A stretch of DNA of 64,000 bases from an uncultured Arcobacter sp. GTDB lineage: Bacteria; Campylobacterota; Campylobacteria; Campylobacterales; Arcobacteraceae. Below the pieces are notes generated by a model that worked only from the letters and a program-made list of their open reading frames with translations, was not told the DNA's origin and did not search any database. The DNA lies in NCBI GenBank assembly GCA_965140705.1, contig OZ223302.1, positions 544,001-608,000 of the forward strand, given 5' to 3'. The position numbers and the translations under genes were made by a program. Shown one piece after another: positions 61,418 to 64,000 of this stretch. Position 1 is the stretch's first letter; each line of letters begins with the position of its first letter.

Positions 61418-63109
61418 ATGGAGATAAGCACACAAGCTCTTTTTGCTGCACTACCTATATTTGTAGCAGCAATATTATTAGTTGGATTTAGATGGCCAGC
61501 TAAGAAAGCAATGCCAGTTGTATTTATAGTGACTGCACTTGTAGCCTTTTATGTATGGCAAGTAAGTTTTAATAGAATACTTGCATCATCAATTCAAGGT
61601 TTCTTGATTACCATAGCAGTTTTATGGATAATCTTTGGTGCAATTTTATTGTTAAATACACTTAAACACTCAGGAGCTATAAAAGCTATTAGAGAAGGGT
61701 TTAATAACGTGAGCCCAGATAGAAGGGTACAAGTTATTATCATAGCTTGGTTATTTGGTTCATTTATTGAGGGTGCATCTGGATTTGGAACACCAGCTGC
61801 TATTGCAGCTCCACTTTTAGTTGCTATTGGTTTTCCTGCTATGGCTGCTGTTATGATTGGAATGATGATTCAAAGTACACCTGTATCATTTGGTGCAGTT
61901 GGAACTCCAATTTTAATTGGTGTAAATAAGGGATTAGACTCTGATACTATTAGTCACTCTTTACAAGCAGTTGGTTCAAACTGGGATAGTTATTTACAAA
62001 TAATCACAAGTGAAGTTGCAATCATTCATGCTATAACTGGAACATTGATTCCTCTATTTATGACTATTATGATGACTAGATTTTTTGGTCAAAATAAATC
62101 ATGGACAGAAGGATTATCAATCTTACCATTTGCTATTTTTGGTGGATTAGCCTTTACTATTCCTTATGCACTTACAGGCGTATTTTTAGGTGCTGAGTTC
62201 CCATCACTAATTGGTGCTTTAGTTGGACTTCCAATTGTAGTATTTGCTGCGAAAAAAGGATTTTTACTTCCTAAAGACTCTTGGGATTTTGCTCCAAAAG
62301 AAAAATGGCCAGTTCATTGGGTATCTAAACTTGAAATGAACATGGATGCAATGAATACAAAAGTTGATATGTCATTAGCAAAAGCTTGGATTCCATATGT
62401 ACTTGTTGCAGTTATTTTAGTTATTACAAGAGTATCAAGTGAAGCAAAAGCTTTTGTTACATCTTGGGTAATACCTTTTAAAAATATTTTAGGTGAAGGT
62501 TTAGGTTATTCTATTACTCCTTTATATTTACCAGGTGGAATTTTAGTGTTTGTTGTGTTGATTACTTATTTCTTACATAAAATGGAATTTAAAGAGATGC
62601 AAGCTTCACTAAGTGAATCTTCAAAAGTAATGTTAGGTGCTGGGTTTGTTCTTGTATTTACTATTCCATTAGTTAGAATTCTTATCAATTCTGGAGTAAA
62701 TGCTTCTGGATTTGAGTCTATGCCTGTTGCTATGGCAAAATATGTAGCCCATTCGGTTGGTGATATTTATCCATTATTCGCCCCATTAGTTGGTGCATTG
62801 GGAGCATTTATTGCAGGAAGTAATACTGTTTCAAATATGATGTTAAGTCAATTTCAATTTGGGGTGGCAGATGCACTTGGACTTTCAACTGCACTTATGA
62901 TAGCTCTTCAAGCAGTTGGAGCAGCAGCTGGAAATATGATAGCAATACACAATGTTGTTGCAGCTTCAGCTACTGTTGGCTTACTTGATCAAGAAGGTGA
63001 AACATTAAGAAAAACAATAATACCTACTATTTATTATTGTTTAGTTGCAGGAATTCTTGGTTTGATTTCTATGTATTATTTAGGAATAACAGATCCATTA
63101 GTTAAATAA
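61418..63109 (+). CDS. lctP: L-lactate permease
   Basis: [33 protein letters not shown]. Confidence 0.93.
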   Translation: MEISTQALFAALPIFVAAILLVGFRWPAKKAMPVVFIVTALVAFYVWQVSFNRILASSIQGFLITIAVLWIIFGAILLLNTLKHSGAIKAIREGFNNVSPDRRVQVIIIAWLFGSFIEGASGFGTPAAIAAPLLVAIGFPAMAAVMIGMMIQSTPVSFGAVGTPILIGVNKGLDSDTISHSLQAVGSNWDSYLQIITSEVAIIHAITGTLIPLFMTIMMTRFFGQNKSWTEGLSILPFAIFGGLAFTIPYALTGVFLGAEFPSLIGALVGLPIVVFAAKKGFLLPKDSWDFAPKEKWPVHWVSKLEMNMDAMNTKVDMSLAKAWIPYVLVAVILVITRVSSEAKAFVTSWVIPFKNILGEGLGYSITPLYLPGGILVFVVLITYFLHKMEFKEMQASLSESSKVMLGAGFVLVFTIPLVRILINSGVNASGFESMPVAMAKYVAHSVGDIYPLFAPLVGALGAFIAGSNTVSNMMLSQFQFGVADALGLSTALMIALQAVGAAAGNMIAIHNVVAASATVGLLDQEGETLRKTIIPTIYYCLVAGILGLISMYYLGITDPLVK

Positions 63110-63111
63110 AC

Positions 63112-63139
63112 TTACAAGGAGAGTCTTTTCTCCTTGTAA
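63112..63139. terminator. Hairpin between convergent genes
   Basis: TTACAAGGAGA-N6-TCTCCTTGTAA. Confidence 0.75.
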
Positions 63140-63142
63140 ATA

Positions 63143-63565
63143 TTACTTACAAATTTTTTGATTACTTTTTTTACTATACATTCCATTAATGGCTTTTTGT
63201 AAAATATGTATTTTATAACAAACTCTTCCATTAGTTTTACTTCTATTTACTAATCCTGTTATCTCATAGATATCCATTGATTTTGGATTTGGGAAAATTC
63301 CATTTACTGGCTTATACTTAGAGACAAAGATTTTATTTGCATCAAAAATATAATAACTCTCATATTCATCATATTTTACTATATTATTTTTTCCAAACTC
63401 AATCATAAAAGGTTCATCAAAACTATTATAAAAACCAAAAGATATACCAACTCTTTCACCGCTTTTTTCATCCAACTTGCTCATCTCCCAAGTTCCTATG
63501 ATTTTTTTGGGAGTTATAGCATTAATAGTTGAAATTAAAAAAATTATTAAGAAAATTATTTTCAT
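63143..63565 (-). CDS. Exported hypothetical protein (lipocalin-like IIGTW motif)
   Basis: Signal peptide MKIIFLIIFLISTINA; AGGGGG RBS. Confidence 0.65.
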   Translation of the reverse strand: MKIIFLIIFLISTINAITPKKIIGTWEMSKLDEKSGERVGISFGFYNSFDEPFMIEFGKNNIVKYDEYESYYIFDANKIFVSKYKPVNGIFPNPKSMDIYEITGLVNRSKTNGRVCYKIHILQKAINGMYSKKSNQKICK

Positions 63566-63680
63566 ACAAAACCCCCTATAAAAAGCTTTTTATAAAGTTA
63601 TTTTACGCTAATAATATTAAATAATTCTTAAGATTTATAATTGTATTTTTAAGGAAAAGAGAGGAAGAAGAGTGAAGAAA

Positions 63681-63702
63681 TAAAGCCTATTAAAAGGCTT
63701 TA
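63681..63702 (-). terminator. Candidate terminator after MCP gene
   Basis: TAAAGCCT-N6-AGGCTTTA. Confidence 0.55.
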
Positions 63703-63711
63703 ATCTCTTTA

Positions 63712-64000
63712 TTAAAAACTTTCCCACTCATCATTATCATTTGATTTTTGTGGTGTGATTATTTTTGTTTTTTGAGTAGTATTTTGTTCTCTTGTTTTCT
63801 TGTCTGTAGTTTTAGGAGTTTGAGTCACTTTTTGTGTACTTTGAGTGTTTTTTTGTGTACTAGGAGTTTGTTCTTTTTTTACTACATCGACATGTTTACC
63901 TTTCCCCTCAAAATTATTTAAATTTACATTATTTACAATATCTATTGCTATTTCATTTGTTTTTTGTGCAATATCATTTGTTTTATCTGCAACTGCTGCA
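63712..64000 (-). CDS. 3' end (partial) of methyl-accepting chemotaxis protein
   Basis: Minus strand reads AAVADKTNDIAQKTNEIAIDIV..FEGK..Thr/Gln/Lys linker..NDNDEWESF*; NWETF-type pentapeptide; not in ORF track. Confidence 0.85.
   Translation of the reverse strand, partial: AAVADKTNDIAQKTNEIAIDIVNNVNLNNFEGKGKHVDVVKKEQTPSTQKNTQSTQKVTQTPKTTDKKTREQNTTQKTKIITPQKSNDNDEWESF

Overview
AT-rich bacterial chromosome segment, most likely Campylobacterota and probably Arcobacteraceae (inferred from the recA-eno-ftsB-AMIN synteny, futalosine-pathway mqnD, an epsilon-type nuo cluster and an MCP ending in EWESF). (1) 1-23.6 kb: surface-glycan locus with GT2/GT4 glycosyltransferases, two SAM methyltransferases, a 2OG-Fe(II) dioxygenase, a large HAD-family protein, a Stealth phosphotransferase, glf plus a Galf transferase, an ACP/SDR/adenylation cassette and the complete pseBCFGHI pseudaminic acid pathway. 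It contains a heavily decayed IS256 copy that the ORF track misses. (2) 23.6-51 kb: core genes (recA, eno, bioB, topA, murB, mqnD, a nuo cluster with two replacement genes instead of canonical nuoE/F, AAA ATPase). (3) 51-60.4 kb: accessory block with a type I restriction-modification system plus an M48/YgjP-like protein, bracketed by two diverged, inverted copies of a ~250-nt structured non-coding element whose hairpins show compensatory changes; this is the most novel-looking signal. (4) nfo, L-lactate permease, a hypothetical gene and the 3' end of a chemoreceptor. No rRNA, tRNA or CRISPR array was seen. All calls are from reading motifs by eye; no database searches were run.
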